DNA of 64,000 bases from Nitrospinota bacterium (GTDB lineage Bacteria; Nitrospinota; Nitrospinia; Nitrospinales; VA-1): contig JACNKA010000124.1 of NCBI GenBank assembly GCA_014382285.1, forward strand, positions 1,647 to 65,646, read 5' to 3'. Of the stretch, positions 29,280 through 39,099 are shown in pieces. The position numbers and the translations under genes were made by a program. How positions within the stretch are numbered: the first letter of the stretch is position 1; the number at the start of each line of letters is the position of its first letter. The notes under the pieces are model-generated. The model did no database searches and was not told where the DNA came from. It saw only the letters and a program-made list of their open reading frames with translations.

Positions 29280-29483
29280 CTAAAGCCGGTTGTAGGATCG
29301 CATGCGACGCATGGCGGCTTTTCTTTTCTTCTTGGCTTCCTTTTGCTTGCGCTTTTTCTTTACGGAAGGCTTCTCATAAAACCTGCGGCGCTTAAGCTCC
29401 TTCAGCAGGCCTTCCTTCGTCATTTGACGTTTCAAGACTTTTAAGGCTTTTTCAACCTGATTTTGATAGACTGTGACTTCCAA
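29280..29483 (-). CDS. rpsU: 30S ribosomal protein S21
   Basis: 67-aa, very basic protein. MEVTVYQNQVEKALKVLKRQMTKEGLLKELKRRRFYEKPS is typical of S21. Confidence 0.9.
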   Translation of the reverse strand: MEVTVYQNQVEKALKVLKRQMTKEGLLKELKRRRFYEKPSVKKKRKQKEAKKKRKAAMRRMRSYNRL

Positions 29484-29656
29484 AAATCTCTCCTTTCTTC
29501 CCTGAGTTTTTTAGCAGGGGGGAACAACTGTTTTGATGGCACAAAATTATGCTTCGCTACCAAACCTCTGGCACCAATGCTCCGGCGGGCAAGCCATCTT
29601 AATGTAAAGCTTGCGATTATCAACAATAATGCTCCTAAAGTCAAGACCCTAAAATC

Positions 29657-30871
29657 ATGAGCCAAAACCCGGTCACCCAAACCATTCGCATCGTTCTCGC
29701 GACCTTGTTTTTATTCTGGTTATTGCTGTTATCGCGTGACGGGCATTCCGAGGAATTTGCCGTACCTAATTCCGGGTCCCCATACAAAAGTCTGGCAGAT
29801 CTGGATGCGGGCCAAATCCTACATCTTCCGACCGGATTGATGGTCAGCCGCGAACAGATGATGGACTCCATTTCCGCCTCCCGGGTCATCTACATTGGCG
29901 AAACCCACGATAATATCGAAGCCCATGAAGTTCAGCTACAGGTCATTCAACTGCTAGCAGAAAAATACCCACTGGCAATTGGGCTGGAAATGTTCCGACG
30001 CTCATCACAGAAGAAGCTGGATCTCTGGAACCAAAGCCAACTCTCACACAAAGAATTTAAAAACCTGTTCCGCGCCGACTGGGGTGGCAGGTTTGGTCTC
30101 TACCAACCTATATTCGAATTCGCCAAAGCTAAAGGACTGCCGTTGATCGGACTCAAATCCAGCCGCGAGGTAGAAAACCATTTTCGCGCCGGAGACCCGG
30201 CACCCGGCGACACGCTTTATCCTGAAATAGACGATACCGATCCCTATCACCGGGCTTTCTCCATGTCCGCGTTTGGCGGCCACACTGCAAAAGCCCTAGA
30301 AAAACCTTATCGCATGTTATTGCTGTGGGAAGAAACCATGGCTCAGACAGTAGCAAAGTTTTTACGCGATCCGATCAATCTGGACAAAAAGCTGGTGGTG
30401 CTGGCCGGTGGGTTTCATGTTCAATACGGATTCGGCATCCCAAAACGCGCTTACAGAAGAATACCGCATAATTATTCCATCATCCTGCCCGACATCACCG
30501 CAATTCCAGAAGGCTTGAAAGACCGGGAAATGACGGTGAAAAAAGTTTCCATCCCGCTTTACGCTTCAGACTATGCATGGAAGGTGGAATACAAAGTGCC
30601 CGGTCATAACAAGGTTAAGCTGGGGGTACAATTGACTCAGGAAAAAGGCGGGGGTGTGCGTGTTAAGTTTGTCTGGGAAAATTCCAACGCTCAAAATAGC
30701 GGAATGAAAGCCGATGACCTGCTACTCAACATGGACGGCAAAACTCTGGAGGGGGTAGATGATGTGTTGGAATTACTGGCAAACAAAAAGTTTGATGACC
30801 GCTCCACATTCCAGCTTCGGCGCGGCAACAAAACCCTGACGCTTGAAGTGGTGTTCAGGCAGTCAAAATAA
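29657..30871 (+). CDS. ChaN-like (haem-binding uptake/Tiki superfamily) protein with C-terminal PDZ domain
   Basis: Signal/TM N-terminus and VIYIGETHDNIEAHEVQLQVI, typical of the ChaN/DUF399 family. The C-terminal ~80 aa resemble a PDZ domain. Confidence 0.6.
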   Translation: MSQNPVTQTIRIVLATLFLFWLLLLSRDGHSEEFAVPNSGSPYKSLADLDAGQILHLPTGLMVSREQMMDSISASRVIYIGETHDNIEAHEVQLQVIQLLAEKYPLAIGLEMFRRSSQKKLDLWNQSQLSHKEFKNLFRADWGGRFGLYQPIFEFAKAKGLPLIGLKSSREVENHFRAGDPAPGDTLYPEIDDTDPYHRAFSMSAFGGHTAKALEKPYRMLLLWEETMAQTVAKFLRDPINLDKKLVVLAGGFHVQYGFGIPKRAYRRIPHNYSIILPDITAIPEGLKDREMTVKKVSIPLYASDYAWKVEYKVPGHNKVKLGVQLTQEKGGGVRVKFVWENSNAQNSGMKADDLLLNMDGKTLEGVDDVLELLANKKFDDRSTFQLRRGNKTLTLEVVFRQSK

Positions 30872-30874
30872 CCA

Positions 30875-30906
30875 CTTGTTCGCCAACCAAACTTATCATC
30901 CGTTGG
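30875..30906. repeat. Short fragment of the dispersed repeat family
   Basis: CTTGTTCGCCAACCAAACTTATCATCCGTTGG resembles CTTTGCTCGCCAACAAAACTCATTGTACGCTGG at 15812-15844. Lies between two convergent gene ends. Confidence 0.45.
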
Positions 30907-30928
30907 TCCATGCCGGGTCGTGATACAT

Positions 30929-31324
30929 TTAAAAATCGGTTTTATTATGCAACTGCAAATAGTATTTCTCTAAGTCCTTTACCGAAAACATTCCCACAAT
31001 CTCACCGTTCCTTGTTACAGGAACGTGGCGGATTTTTCTCGTTTCTATAATATTACACACCTCTGCAATCGTTTGATTCTCATCGATCGTATGTGTGATT
31101 TTTGTCATCACGGATGATATCTTTATTGCCTTGGGGTCGCACTCCCCCTTTAAAACCAGAAACATCCAATCCGTTTTTGTAATGATCCCGACGTATTTCT
31201 CATCCTCTTTCACTAAAAGACCACTAACTTTGTTCTTATACATTTCATCAATCGCTTCATAAGCATATTTATCGGGGCTTATTGAAAAAATTTGAGTGCT
31301 CATATAATTGCCGACTTTACTCAT
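30929..31324 (-). CDS. CBS domain-containing protein
   Basis: Tandem CBS-like segments (VSGLLV..., IRHVPVTRNGEIVGMFSVKDL). GGAGG SD lies 7 nt before ATG 31324, which is preferred over the TTG at 31345. Confidence 0.75.
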   Translation of the reverse strand: MSKVGNYMSTQIFSISPDKYAYEAIDEMYKNKVSGLLVKEDEKYVGIITKTDWMFLVLKGECDPKAIKISSVMTKITHTIDENQTIAEVCNIIETRKIRHVPVTRNGEIVGMFSVKDLEKYYLQLHNKTDF

Positions 31325-31419
31325 CTTAAACACCTCCCCACACAAAAAAACCAGCTCTTAATAAATAAAACGAGTCCGCTCTCGCTAGCCTCACGAGTCA
31401 TTGCCCTCTGCCTGCACGG

Positions 31420-31689
31420 CTAGTGAATTTCAAAAGTAGTCAGGCCCTGAGGCTCAACCCACTCAATATCCAGAGCAGAGACTTGAGCCGCAGGCGGCCC
31501 CTTTCTACACCAGTTGACAAATTGCTCAAGGAGTTCCTTTTCTCCCTCAACATGAATCTCTACAGTACCATCGGGGCAATTTTTTGCCCATCCGCACAGG
31601 CCCAGTTGCAAAGCCTGCTCGCGTGTTCCAGCCCTGAACCATACCCCTTGCACCAGACCGCGCACAATAAGGTGAGCACTCATCAACAT
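31420..31689 (-). CDS. acyP: Acylphosphatase
   Basis: VRGLVQGVWFR and GWAKNCPDGTVE signature motifs in an 89-aa protein. Confidence 0.85.
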   Translation of the reverse strand: MLMSAHLIVRGLVQGVWFRAGTREQALQLGLCGWAKNCPDGTVEIHVEGEKELLEQFVNWCRKGPPAAQVSALDIEWVEPQGLTTFEIH

Positions 31690-31695
31690 GTCCGC

Positions 31696-31935
31696 TCACT
31701 CACTCTTGCGAAACGCGTCATCAAAAAGATGCTGGACTTCGCGGTAGACTTGAAACTTGCTCCCGTCTGCGATTTTTTCTCCAAACTTGCCCAGGTCACG
31801 CATGATGCGCTGGAACTCCTGAGTCTGTCCCTTGAACTTTTCAATGAGAGGACGAAAATAGAGTTGCTCATCCTCATCCAACCGATCACAAATTAGCCGA
31901 AGCCGGGTTTTTAGTGGTTCAAAATCTCGTTCCAT
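31696..31935 (-). CDS. Hypothetical small protein
   Basis: 79-aa ORF directly upstream of acyP on the same strand. No motif recognised. Confidence 0.45.
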   Translation of the reverse strand: MERDFEPLKTRLRLICDRLDEDEQLYFRPLIEKFKGQTQEFQRIMRDLGKFGEKIADGSKFQVYREVQHLFDDAFRKSE

Positions 31936-32026
31936 GCCCTAATACTAGCCTTCAATGTGTGGGATTGCAATTGGGCATAAACCCCAGAGGGGAATCTTTT
32001 TGCAAAATTTAAGGGAAATTAGTGAA

Positions 32027-32359
32027 CTATTTTTTATCTTTAAGGCGTTCTTTCATAATGGTCTGCAGTCGGACCACGGCGGGGCTGGTCTCCGGCAGGG
32101 CAAGGAATTTTTCTCGGGTCAAAATAGCGACTTCACAATCTTCCAGAGCTATCACCGATGCGCTACGTTCCCCGGCTGAAATCATAGCCATTTCTCCAAA
32201 AAGATCATTCTCTTTCAGCAGAGCGAGTACTTTTTTGTTGCCCTCGGCATCCTCCTGATACACTTCCACCGTTCCCTTTTTAATCAGGAATGCGCTAGTG
32301 CCATGAGTGCCCTGGCGAACAATCTTTTTTCCTTTGCGATATTCTTTGATGACAAACAT
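32027..32359 (-). CDS. Cyclic nucleotide-binding domain protein
   Basis: 110 aa. GDLFGEMAMISAGERSASVIA matches the cNMP-binding phosphate-binding cassette. Confidence 0.7.
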   Translation of the reverse strand: MFVIKEYRKGKKIVRQGTHGTSAFLIKKGTVEVYQEDAEGNKKVLALLKENDLFGEMAMISAGERSASVIALEDCEVAILTREKFLALPETSPAVVRLQTIMKERLKDKK

Positions 32360-32530
32360 GATGATCTTCCGTCCCCGTAGCGAAAGAAAGTGGTAGCACT
32401 TCTACTATACAAAAATTCTATTGCTATTTTCAATCCCCAACAACCCGCAGAATCGCTTAACCCTATAAAAATCAAACTAGTAACGGGTAAACCATTTTTC
32501 ATGTCGCCGGCTTTTCTTCTTAGTGCTCTT

Positions 32531-33037
32531 CTAATTCAGGTTTTCCGGTGGCCCTGGCCTGTCCGGGTACTTTAAATATAGTCGTTTTAATTGGCGTTGC
32601 ACATTCCTTATCCGAGCATGGTTCCTTTTTTCAGAATACAAGTTCAGGGCGCGAAGCATGTGCTTAATGGCGTTGGGGCCATCCTTTAATAAATCGTAAG
32701 CCATGCTCAGATTATAATGCGCTGCAATGTATTTGGGATTAAGTTGGACCGCCTCTTGATAGGCTTCCACTTCTTCCTTGTGTTTCCCCAGGGCAAGGTA
32801 GGCCCTGCCCAGTTCGAAATAAGCGATTGCATCCAGTGGGTCTCCACGAATGATTTCCTTGTGACGCAAAATTTCAGCCCGCGCTCCCTGAAGATAGGTT
32901 TTAAAGTCCACAGCCAACGCCGCCTGTGACTCAAAAATTCCGCTTAAAGCAAAAATGACGAAAAGTCCTTTTGCTACGGGATAAAAAATGCTATGACCGA
33001 CAGAATAAGACGGACGTTTACGTGAATAGGAGTTCAT
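32531..33037 (-). CDS. TPR repeat protein with N-terminal membrane/signal segment
   Basis: YFELGRAYLALGKHKEEVEAYQEAVQLNPKYIAAHYNL is TPR-like. Confidence 0.65.
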   Translation of the reverse strand: MNSYSRKRPSYSVGHSIFYPVAKGLFVIFALSGIFESQAALAVDFKTYLQGARAEILRHKEIIRGDPLDAIAYFELGRAYLALGKHKEEVEAYQEAVQLNPKYIAAHYNLSMAYDLLKDGPNAIKHMLRALNLYSEKRNHARIRNVQRQLKRLYLKYPDRPGPPENLN

Positions 33038-33070
33038 CTCCCCAATTTATCATTTTTTTAGCGAGGCAGC

Positions 33071-34042
33071 ATGAAATACCGGACATTCGGCAATAACAAG
33101 ATTTCAGAAATTGGGCTGGGCACCTGGCAGCTTGGTGCCGATTGGGGAAATGTGGATGATTCCACTGCTGAAAAAGTTCTCGCTACTGCCGTTGAAAATG
33201 GGGTGAATTTTTTCGATACCGCCGACTGCTATGGCGAAGGCCTCTCAGAAACCCGACTTGGCAGGTTTGTTAAAACATTATCGTCGGAAGTGGTGATTGC
33301 CACTAAGATTGGCAGGTTCCCCCGGCCGGGCTGGCCGGATAATTTCTCTCAGGAGCAGTTTCGTAAACACACGGAAAATTCCCTGAAACGTTTGGGCATA
33401 GAAACCCTCGATCTGACCCAGGTGCATTGTCCACCTACCGACCTTTTGCGGCAGGGTGAGATATTCGATTGGCTGAGAACCTTGAAGCGGGAAGGCAAAA
33501 TCAAACAATTTGGATTCAGCGTGGAGTCGATGGCAGAGGCCCAGATATGCCTGCAACAAGAAGGGGTGGCTTCATTACAAATTATTTTTAATATTTTTCG
33601 GCAAAAAGCCATTGCCTCCATTTTCAAGGAAGCTCAGGAAAAACAAGTGGCCATCATAGTCCGCCTGCCGCTCGCATCTGGGCTGCTCTCTGGAAAAATA
33701 AATAAACAGACAAAGTTTGCAGAAAACGATCATCGAAATTTCAATCGGGACGGGCAGGAGTTTAATGTCGGAGAAACCTTTTCAGGCCTTCCCTTTGAAA
33801 AAGGACTCGAACTCGTTGATGGACTGAAAAAATTCGTGCCGGATAACCTGTCGCAGTTTGCCTTAAGATGGATTCTGGATTTTGATGCCGTGTCTGTGGT
33901 GATCCCCGGTTCTAAAAACCCCCGGCAAGTGGCAGATAATTGCGTAGCAAGCACCCTGCCCCCCTTGCCAAAGGAAACCCATGAGGCCTTGAGCAAATTC
34001 TACATTGACGAAGTCGCCCCCCATATTCGTGGGAAATATTAG
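33071..34042 (+). CDS. Aldo/keto reductase
   Basis: GLGTWQLG, FFDTADCYGEG and IPGSKNPRQV motifs. Confidence 0.85.
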   Translation: MKYRTFGNNKISEIGLGTWQLGADWGNVDDSTAEKVLATAVENGVNFFDTADCYGEGLSETRLGRFVKTLSSEVVIATKIGRFPRPGWPDNFSQEQFRKHTENSLKRLGIETLDLTQVHCPPTDLLRQGEIFDWLRTLKREGKIKQFGFSVESMAEAQICLQQEGVASLQIIFNIFRQKAIASIFKEAQEKQVAIIVRLPLASGLLSGKINKQTKFAENDHRNFNRDGQEFNVGETFSGLPFEKGLELVDGLKKFVPDNLSQFALRWILDFDAVSVVIPGSKNPRQVADNCVASTLPPLPKETHEALSKFYIDEVAPHIRGKY

Positions 34043-34070
34043 CCATTTGCAAAAGTGAAACTTCAAACGC

Positions 34071-34772
34071 TCAGAAACCAACCGGAACTTCTTCGTTCCG
34101 CTCCATAGCAGGAAACAGCAAATTATTTTCCTTATGGATATGAAGATGCGTGTCTTCCTCCAGTTTTCTCAACTCTTCATACAAAAGCTGAAAAGACTGA
34201 CAGCCATCTTCTGGCGCAACGTAGTCGTTAGCCAGTGTTCGCATTTGCTTTAGCAACAACCCTGCCTCGTCATGCTCATGACGCATGACCCGGATTGGTC
34301 CTGCAACAGCCTGCATTTGTAATCCTGAAAAATCGCGCTCCAGTTTTACTATCAAGGGAAAAAGCACCCGCTCCTCTTTGAGCAAGTGCGGTTCGAGGTC
34401 TGCACGTAAATTTTCAAACACTGTCTGCAAAGGTTTCAACTCAGGATGCCGGGGAGAATGTGCCTGGCAAACTTTTTCCATCAATGCCGTCAAACGCGGT
34501 AACGCCTCCTTGAGATAAACATGATGCGTGGACTGAATATGAACGGTCAATTCTCCCGGTGTTAAACCCGAAATATCTTTTTCATCGCTGGGGGAGGATT
34601 TCAACGCCATAATACGTTGATAGACCACATCGGTTTTCAGACCCTTTTCTTCACAGGCATTTTGAAGCGATACATCACCCCCGCAACAGAAGTCGATGTT
34701 CAATTCCTGAAAAACCGAGGCACAAGCAGAATTATTCTTCACAAAGCTTTTTACCGGATCGGTCATCTTCAT
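34071..34772 (-). CDS. ytfE: Iron-sulfur cluster repair di-iron protein (RIC/YtfE/ScdA family)
   Basis: N-terminal ScdA motif DFCCGG followed by hemerythrin-like His/Glu helices (HHVYLKE, HEHDEAG, HIHKENNLLFP). Confidence 0.85.
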   Translation of the reverse strand: MKMTDPVKSFVKNNSACASVFQELNIDFCCGGDVSLQNACEEKGLKTDVVYQRIMALKSSPSDEKDISGLTPGELTVHIQSTHHVYLKEALPRLTALMEKVCQAHSPRHPELKPLQTVFENLRADLEPHLLKEERVLFPLIVKLERDFSGLQMQAVAGPIRVMRHEHDEAGLLLKQMRTLANDYVAPEDGCQSFQLLYEELRKLEEDTHLHIHKENNLLFPAMERNEEVPVGF

Positions 34773-34976
34773 TTTTCAACCCTTTCCACAAAAATGTTTG
34801 CATTCAAACCAATAAAAGATAAACATATCTATTTATACTTAATGTAAAGCCTGTATAATCCATTGTCAAGGTGTGATGCCCCGACTGGCAAAGTATAATG
34901 AAAACATTTTGAACCTGATCTGCCGGGAATCCATCCTACACTCGAAAAGAAAGACTAACTTTATCAAGGAAGCACT

Positions 34977-35570
34977 ATGCAGGAAACGCAAGCTTTTACC
35001 GTTGTAAATATCGAACTGACCCCCAACCCTCGCTCGGTGAAATTTGTTCTGGATCGGAAAGTCATTGCTTCCGGCTCCAAAACCATTGAAGAGGGCGGTT
35101 ACCTGGAAACCGATGCCTTTGCCCGTAACCTGTTCGCCCTTGAAATTGTGGATGTGGCTTATTTGCGGGATAATTTCGTGTCTGTCACCCTGATCTCCGC
35201 TGACCTTTGGGTGATTTTTAAAGACAAAGTTAAAAATATTATCGAAGCCGACCTGGAGAAGTATGCCGATGGGGATGATGAGGTTTCTGCATCCATTCTT
35301 GATGATTTCGATAAGGCAAAATACCCACAACTTTCCGATGATGAAAAAGTCATCATTGTTGAGGCCGTTCTTGACTCATCCGTCCGCCCTGCCCTGGCAA
35401 ACGATGGCGGGGGCCTGGAAGTGATCGAAGTGGATGGACACATCGTTCGCATCCGTTATCAGGGTGCTTGCGGGGGATGCCCGAGTGCCACAGGCGGCAC
35501 TTTGCGAGTCATTGAAAATCATCTGCGGGATCAATTGGACCCTGAAATCAAGGTACACACTTACGTTTAA
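34977..35570 (+). CDS. NifU/Nfu-type Fe-S assembly protein (Nfu_N + NifU C-terminal domain)
   Basis: C-terminal GACGGCPSATGGTL CxxC motif and LANDGGGLEVIEVDG, typical of Nfu. Confidence 0.8.
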   Translation: MQETQAFTVVNIELTPNPRSVKFVLDRKVIASGSKTIEEGGYLETDAFARNLFALEIVDVAYLRDNFVSVTLISADLWVIFKDKVKNIIEADLEKYADGDDEVSASILDDFDKAKYPQLSDDEKVIIVEAVLDSSVRPALANDGGGLEVIEVDGHIVRIRYQGACGGCPSATGGTLRVIENHLRDQLDPEIKVHTYV

Positions 35571-35616
35571 CCAGAATCTTTCCTCTAAATAAAGACACCT
35601 TTTCTCAGGTTGAAGA

Positions 35617-36681
35617 CTATTTAAAGAATTGTCCGGTCGGGGTATTCAGAAACAGCCCCAGCGATATATCCTCCTGCTTTAAAAATCCATGATGTGGCAG
35701 GCTTCCCTGGGAAACCAGCTCAATGACCGCACAAACCGATGCGGCAGTGGTCCATGAAATGGCTTTCCAGTTTCGTGATTTGATCTCTTTCGGAAAATAA
35801 CTGCGCACAAATTCATCCCGAGCCAGCTTGCCTTCCTTCCACCCTTCCACAGCAACATGGACGTAAACAACATCATCCTTGACTGGCGGCTTGGCGTGAA
35901 CCAGAATTTCTCCTGCCTCAGTTCTCCTGTCTCTCATATACAATTCGTTAAAGAAAAAACGCATCAACTCGCCATGTCCGGGATAGCGAATGGTTTTGTA
36001 GTTCAAATGGTTCACCTTTCCATCATAGGTTTCACACAAAGTACCCAGCCCTCCTGATGTGGTGAAGGCCTCTAGCTGCACACCATCAATCACGATGGTT
36101 TCCAGTCCTTCCATCGCGGGCACACTAGCTCTTTGCCCATCCTGAATGACTTCACAGTTATTGAGGTATTCGTTGACCACTCCTTCGGCAGACCAGTTGA
36201 AGGCATAACCTAGAAGTCCGCGTGGATGCTGTGGCAAAGCCCCGACCCTGAGTTCCATACTGCGCAGGTTTTCGAATCCCTTCGCAAGATGCGCTCCGCA
36301 AATTCCGACAAACCCGGGAGCCAGCCCACATTGCGGGGCCATGATCGCTTTTGCCGATCCTGACATTTCGCGGATAGCCGAAGTGGTGGTGACATCTTCC
36401 GTCAGATCAAAATAATGTTTCCCTGCCTGATGCACTTTTTTGGCCACTGTCAAATTCAAATGAAACGGCAGGCAGGTGAGCGTGGCATCGTGTCCGGCAA
36501 TCGCCGCCTCCAGCGCAGCGTCATCCGCAACCGATGCAGAAATCACTTTGAACGGGAAATCCTCATCCGGGCTGGTATCAAAACCTGTGACCTGATATTC
36601 GTTCAACTGCAATAAAGTTGCCGCCAGGCTTCCTACGCGCCCAAGACCAATCACCAAAACAGATTTGATGTTCTTTTCCAT
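35617..36681 (-). CDS. Saccharopine dehydrogenase family NAD(P)-binding oxidoreductase
   Basis: N-terminal Rossmann VLVIGLGRVGS, with length and central region like saccharopine/homospermidine-type dehydrogenases. Confidence 0.6.
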   Translation of the reverse strand: MEKNIKSVLVIGLGRVGSLAATLLQLNEYQVTGFDTSPDEDFPFKVISASVADDAALEAAIAGHDATLTCLPFHLNLTVAKKVHQAGKHYFDLTEDVTTTSAIREMSGSAKAIMAPQCGLAPGFVGICGAHLAKGFENLRSMELRVGALPQHPRGLLGYAFNWSAEGVVNEYLNNCEVIQDGQRASVPAMEGLETIVIDGVQLEAFTTSGGLGTLCETYDGKVNHLNYKTIRYPGHGELMRFFFNELYMRDRRTEAGEILVHAKPPVKDDVVYVHVAVEGWKEGKLARDEFVRSYFPKEIKSRNWKAISWTTAASVCAVIELVSQGSLPHHGFLKQEDISLGLFLNTPTGQFFK

Positions 36682-36786
36682 TCGAAACCCTTTCTATTTT
36701 TCAAGTCAAATGACTGAATAGTATTTCCAATTATCTCCCTCTCTTCACAGATCGGGCAAGCATCGCTTCTACCAGCAAGATTTTAC

Positions 36787-38451
36787 TTATCTAATATGCG
36801 CCATCTTCCAGGTTCGATAAGAACCTGTTAGGTTTCTAACTCTAAAACCACTCTGCGCCAAAAATCGGCAAGCGTAATAAGAACGCTGACCTGTTTGGCA
36901 ATAAGCAATTATCTCCTTATCCTTCTGTAATTCAGCAAGTCGTTGACGAAGCTGTGATAGAGGGATATGAAGTGAGCCGGGGATATGCCCCTCTTCTAGC
37001 TCATCTTCATCGCGAACGTCAAGGATGGTAGTCATTTGAGAATCCAGAGTTGTGATTTCGTGCCACTGGATGTTTTGAATCTCTCCCCGCATAACATGTT
37101 GAGCCACCATTCCAGCCAAATTAACCGGATCTTTTGCCGCGCCAAAAGGTGGAGCGTAAGCTAGCTCCAAATCTTCCAAGTCGTGAACGGTCAGGCCAGA
37201 CTTTAAAGCGGTCGCCAAAACATCAATGCGTTTATCCACCCCGTCCTTTCCCAGAATTTGTGCCCCCAATAATCGGCCCTCAGTGGGATCAAACAAGATT
37301 TTCATGGCCATTCGTTGCGCCCCAGGATAATAATTTGCATGCGATGCAGGATGTAAATGCACAGTATCGTAAGGTATTTCATTTTTTTTCAGGGTTTTCT
37401 CGTTGGCTCCTGTGCAAGCCGCAACCATATCAAAACACCTTAAGATGGCGGTGCCACAGGTTCCAGAATATTTCATCGACCCACCAAATATATTTTCGGC
37501 AACAATCCGGCCCTGCCGATTTGCTGGACCAGCAAGAGGAACCAATACCCATTCTCCCGTTATAAAATCCCGCACTTCAATCGCATCCCCTATTGCCCAA
37601 ATATGCGGATCACTGGTTCCGAGACCCTCATTGACTCTAATCCCGCCCTTGTCACCAATCTCCAGACCTGCATTTTTTACTAACTCCGATTCGGGTCGAA
37701 CTCCTATCCCCAAAATAACTACATCCGCAGGAATACGCGCCCCGCTTTTTAATTCAACCACGGTGGCCTGCTCCGTATAGGGTTCGGGGTTATCAAAACA
37801 AGCAACCGCATCATCTAAATGCAGCTTGACCTCCCTGGAGACAAGCTCCTGATGAAGCCATGCGGCCATCTCAGGATCTAAAGGAGCCATGACCTGCGGC
37901 AAACCTTCAACCAGCGTGATATGCAACCCTTTCCTATGAAGTTGTTCCACCATTTCCAAACCAATGAATCCGCCGCCGACCACTACCGCCCCGGTGGCTT
38001 TCTTTTCGCTGATCCATTGGAGTATGGCCTCCATATCCGGAATTCCACGGATAGAAAAAAGACCCTCCCGATCAATTCCAGGAATGGGTGGTTTTAAAGG
38101 ACGGGCGCCTGTAGAAATAATCAGGTCGTCATAGCTTTCCCAGTAATCCTTGCGCGATTTCAGGTCGCAAATCAGGATGCGTTTCTTTGATGGATCAAGC
38201 TCAATCACCTCAGACATCACTCGAACTTCGATATTAAATCGAGCGCGTAATCCTTCCGGGGTTTGAACCAGTAAATCTTCCTTGTCCTGGATTTCACCTC
38301 CGATATAATAAGGAAGACCACAGTTAGCAAAGGAAACATATGGGCCGCGTTCAATAATAATGACCTCAGATTCCTCCGACAGTCTTCGGGCATGCGCGGC
38401 GGCTGTCGCTCCACCCGCTACTCCCCCCACAATTAAAATACGCTTCTTCAT
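36787..38451 (-). CDS. CoA-disulfide reductase-like FAD pyridine nucleotide-disulfide oxidoreductase with C-terminal rhodanese domain
   Basis: ILIVGGVAGG FAD motif, single redox Cys in SFANCGLPYYIGG, second Rossmann VVVGGGFIGLE, and a C-terminal rhodanese with active-site loop YCQTGQRS. Confidence 0.8.
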   Translation of the reverse strand: MKKRILIVGGVAGGATAAAHARRLSEESEVIIIERGPYVSFANCGLPYYIGGEIQDKEDLLVQTPEGLRARFNIEVRVMSEVIELDPSKKRILICDLKSRKDYWESYDDLIISTGARPLKPPIPGIDREGLFSIRGIPDMEAILQWISEKKATGAVVVGGGFIGLEMVEQLHRKGLHITLVEGLPQVMAPLDPEMAAWLHQELVSREVKLHLDDAVACFDNPEPYTEQATVVELKSGARIPADVVILGIGVRPESELVKNAGLEIGDKGGIRVNEGLGTSDPHIWAIGDAIEVRDFITGEWVLVPLAGPANRQGRIVAENIFGGSMKYSGTCGTAILRCFDMVAACTGANEKTLKKNEIPYDTVHLHPASHANYYPGAQRMAMKILFDPTEGRLLGAQILGKDGVDKRIDVLATALKSGLTVHDLEDLELAYAPPFGAAKDPVNLAGMVAQHVMRGEIQNIQWHEITTLDSQMTTILDVRDEDELEEGHIPGSLHIPLSQLRQRLAELQKDKEIIAYCQTGQRSYYACRFLAQSGFRVRNLTGSYRTWKMAHIR

Positions 38452-38582
38452 TAATCAGCCTCCTCAATGGATTGGCTACCTGTCAAAAAACACATACTTC
38501 TCCAACCTGGTCTATTTTTCCTTATGCGCATTCATTTCCTTTTCTATAATACAATATAGTTCTCAATAGGAAGAAAAAGACT

Positions 38583-38951
38583 ATGAATCACGACTCAAAT
38601 TTACCGGGTTTAAAGACAAGGCAGGTCACCCGTTTTGTGCTGGTCCATTTTACCGGGGAAGATTCGTCCACCTATGAACACATCAAGCAATCTCACCTTG
38701 ATGAAGGCGAGCCTGAAATCGGTTTCCATTTCATCATCACGACACAAGGCACAACTTTAATGGGAAGGCACATTTCGAAGACAGGATTTCATTATCCGGA
38801 ACTGGATGACACAAGCATTGGAATTTGTGTAATAGGAAACCGCGATGAAATGAGCGATGAGCAATCAATCGCCCTCACTTTAATACTCGAAAAATTGAAA
38901 TCCGACTATCCATCGCTGGAAACTGTAAAATACCTGTACAAAAAACACTAG
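38583..38951 (+). CDS. Short amidase_2 (AmpD/PGRP)-like domain protein, probably truncated or degenerate
   Basis: FVLVHFTG, IGFHFIIT and SIGICVIG resemble N-acetylmuramoyl-L-alanine amidase family 2. The C-terminal His/Lys/DPG region is missing at 122 aa. Confidence 0.4.
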   Translation: MNHDSNLPGLKTRQVTRFVLVHFTGEDSSTYEHIKQSHLDEGEPEIGFHFIITTQGTTLMGRHISKTGFHYPELDDTSIGICVIGNRDEMSDEQSIALTLILEKLKSDYPSLETVKYLYKKH

Positions 38952-38986
38952 CCCGCATATTGCGTGAGAGTTTCTAAATCACCCCA

Positions 38987-39007
38987 GCCCCTCTTCAGAG
39001 AAGAGGG
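38987..39007 (+). terminator. Strong hairpin downstream of the 38583..38951 gene (terminator or REP-like)
   Basis: CCCCTCTTC-AGA-GAAGAGGGG, a perfect 9-bp stem with no clear U-tract. Confidence 0.35.
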
Positions 39008-39099
39008 GTTCATTGAAGCTCCCTCTCCCACGGGAGTGGGTCGTATTTCACTTCCCCCTCTGAAAAAGTCAGATATACTGTCTGCAAGGAGGATTGCCC

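Noticed and set aside
34866-35330. 154-aa minus-strand ORF overlapping the Nfu gene and its promoter region
   Set aside because: Nfu on the plus strand has its diagnostic CxxC domain, and the antisense frame has no motif or SD.
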